Shown here: positions 24,833 to 26,514 of the stretch, piece after piece
Numbering within the stretch: the first letter of the stretch is position 1
Layout of the letters: the number at the start of each line of letters is the position of its first letter
From: a virus
Strand: one strand, 5' to 3'
Virus genome (UHGV): UHGV-0108392
Length of the DNA: 26,514 nucleotides
Program-made: the position numbers and the translations under genes
Notes under the pieces: model-generated
The model's input: the letters and a program-made list of their open reading frames with translations, nothing else
Told to the model about the DNA's origin: nothing
The model's database searches: none

Positions 24833-25834
24833 TTGAATAGCATTATCAGTTGGGTAGGCGGTAAGAAGGCACTCCGTGACCTGATATACCTGAGAATGCC
24901 GGGGCACTATGACCGCTACATAGAAGTATTTGGCGGAGGCGGATGGGTTTTATTTGGAAAGCCGCCTGATAAATGTATGGAGGTTTACAATGATTTCAAT
25001 TCGAATCTTGCAAACCTCTTTTATTGTGTCAAGGAAAGACCGATGGCACTGCTTCGGGAATTGTCTTTCCTGCCGCTTAACTCCAGGGATGAGTTTGTGA
25101 CACTCAGGAAATTCCTTACGATGGAAGAATTCAAAAGTGAGCATCTGGCAGAGGAACTGGAGATAGCAACTCATTTTCTGAAAGAGCCGGAGGCAGCGGA
25201 AATTTGTGACATCCTTATGGAACGAGCAGTAGTCGGGGATGTGAAAAGGGCGGCGGCCTTTTATAAGATTATCCGCTACAGCTATGGAAGTGGCTGTACC
25301 TCTTATGGGTGCCAGCCATTTGACATAAGGAAGACCTTTACTATTCTCTGGGAGGCAAACCGGAGGTTAAAAGATACCGTGATTGAAAATAAAGATTTTG
25401 AGGCACTCATCCGTCAGTATGACAGACCGAATGCCTTTTTTTATTGCGATCCACCGTATTTTGAAACCGAAGGGCATTATGAAGTGGTGTTCCGTAAAGA
25501 AGACCATGTAAGACTTAGGGATACGCTGGCAGGCATCGAGGGAAAATTCATGGTCTCCTACAATGACTGTGAGTACATCAGGGAATTGTATCAGGACTTT
25601 CAGATTGAAGCGGTAACACGAATCAACAATCTAGCACAGCGCTATGATAACGGAAGTGAGTTTCCGGAGGTGCTGATTGCCAACTATGACATGGAAGAAA
25701 GAAGAAAGAGCCTGCCGATGCAGATGAATCTGTTTGAAATGTTTGATGAGCAGAAGACTTCTGTGTGGCATGGCAGTAGCAGGAAGGAGGACGAAGATGG
25801 TTCAGTTAGTCGAGATAACAGGAGTGCTGAATGA
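24833..25834 (+). CDS. Dam-type (D12 class) N6-adenine DNA methyltransferase
   Basis: N-terminal SWVGGKK motif and DPPY catalytic motif (FFYCDPPYFE); TTG start with AGGAGG RBS. Confidence 0.8.
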   Translation: MNSIISWVGGKKALRDLIYLRMPGHYDRYIEVFGGGGWVLFGKPPDKCMEVYNDFNSNLANLFYCVKERPMALLRELSFLPLNSRDEFVTLRKFLTMEEFKSEHLAEELEIATHFLKEPEAAEICDILMERAVVGDVKRAAAFYKIIRYSYGSGCTSYGCQPFDIRKTFTILWEANRRLKDTVIENKDFEALIRQYDRPNAFFYCDPPYFETEGHYEVVFRKEDHVRLRDTLAGIEGKFMVSYNDCEYIRELYQDFQIEAVTRINNLAQRYDNGSEFPEVLIANYDMEERRKSLPMQMNLFEMFDEQKTSVWHGSSRKEDEDGSVSRDNRSAE

Positions 25835-26246
25835 AAAAGGCTGTATTGAAATTCCCATTGTATTGCTTGCACAGACAGGCATCTGTATCGGGGAGGAGGT
25901 AAATCTGATTTATCTTGCCGCAGGGGAGAAGGATTACCGTAATGAATCAAGGGAATTCATGTTGAAAAGAGCCGGGGAAAATCCATTGGAGGAGCTGCAG
26001 AGTGGGGAAACGGAGTTGAAACTGCCGCCACAGTTGCTTGCAGATGCACACATTCCCTTGGATGCAGACCTGGACATTGTCTGCTTGGATAGAAAAATTG
26101 TGATTCTGCCTACGGAGGATGTGGAGTCAGAGGATGTACCCAAAGAACTTCTGGATATCTGTGCAGAGCTTGGCATCCCCAGAGAAAAAGTAAACATTGT
26201 TTTGCGTATGACCGAGGAGGGGAGCGATGAAAAAGCCGGTGTATAA
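25797..26246 (+). CDS. Protein with two AbrB/SpoVT-like (swapped-hairpin) segments
   Basis: ATG at 25797 with GGAGGA RBS, overlapping the methyltransferase 3' end; two segments (IEIPIVLLAQTGICIGEEVNL and ELKLPPQLLADAHIPLDADLDIVCLDRKIVILP) resemble AbrB/MazE-type DNA-binding hairpins. Confidence 0.45.
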   Translation: MVQLVEITGVLNEKGCIEIPIVLLAQTGICIGEEVNLIYLAAGEKDYRNESREFMLKRAGENPLEELQSGETELKLPPQLLADAHIPLDADLDIVCLDRKIVILPTEDVESEDVPKELLDICAELGIPREKVNIVLRMTEEGSDEKAGV

Positions 26247-26514
26247 GCTGTTAGATGAAAAGGGCAGGGTACTGATACCTTTGGAAATGCGACAAAAAGC
26301 GGAGATGGAGAAAGGGGATATCTTAAAGGTTTCCATAAACTCCGGGAAGATTGTTATATCCAAGGTAGACATTTTAGAGGTAGGAAAGCAGGATGCAGAA
26401 GCTGTGGAGGCTTATGTCCATGCAGCCGTAAAGACCATGAGCCATGAAAAGCAGGTGGCACTTGCCGCGAGGATTTTGAAACTTGCACAGCAGGAGGGAG
26501 GAGCGGATTGCTAA
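26227..26514 (+). CDS. AbrB/SpoVT/MazE-family small DNA-binding protein
   Basis: VYKLLDEKGRVLIPLEMRQKAEMEKGDILKVSINSGKIVISKV matches the AbrB-type swapped-hairpin pattern; overlaps the upstream gene by 20 nt; its stop codon is the last 3 nt of the window. Confidence 0.5.
   Translation: MKKPVYKLLDEKGRVLIPLEMRQKAEMEKGDILKVSINSGKIVISKVDILEVGKQDAEAVEAYVHAAVKTMSHEKQVALAARILKLAQQEGGADC

Noticed and set aside
24134-26372. Several 70-90-aa minus-strand ORFs in the Firmicutes-type block
   Set aside because: All overlap plus-strand genes that have strong RBSs and domain support; they lack their own RBSs and are treated as shadow ORFs.
1-26514. Insertion sequences, transposases, toxin genes or a lysis cassette
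   Set aside because: No transposase-like ORF, terminal inverted repeats, holin/endolysin pattern or Q antiterminator was recognised by eye; absence is not proven without HMM searches.

Overview
About 22.5 kb of this window is an enterobacterial-type temperate phage or prophage (about 50-55% GC on hand-counted lines). Left to right: a 5'-truncated tyrosine integrase; a leftward recombination operon (orphan adenine methyltransferase, AlpA-like excisionase, RecT/Redbeta-like annealing protein, PD-(D/E)XK exonuclease); a divergent repressor/cro-like switch; an O-like replication initiator with internal iterons and a clear lambda-P-like helicase loader; a nin-like cluster of small genes (DUF1064, Ea22-like, HNH, DUF551-like, ASCH-like); small and large terminase; an opposite-strand moron carrying a phage tRNA-Arg(UCU); and a T7-like structural module (portal, scaffold, capsid, tail-tube proteins). 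Near 22.56 kb, in frame inside a tail gene, the sequence switches abruptly to about 4 kb of lower-GC, purine-rich, Firmicutes-style DNA with AGGAGG-type ribosome-binding sites (acidic protein, small mobile-element-type protein, Dam-type methyltransferase, two AbrB-fold proteins). The observations most worth follow-up are: (1) that junction, which is most likely an assembly chimera or artificial join and should be verified before any biology is inferred; (2) a 15-bp palindrome TTACCT-N3-AGGTAA reused at six or more promoter regions, including a three-site array in the repressor/cro intergenic region; (3) identical 14-bp palindromes flanking the terminase module; (4) the tRNA/unknown-gene moron between terminase and portal. 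All protein calls rest on motif recognition and synteny from memory; no database search was run.
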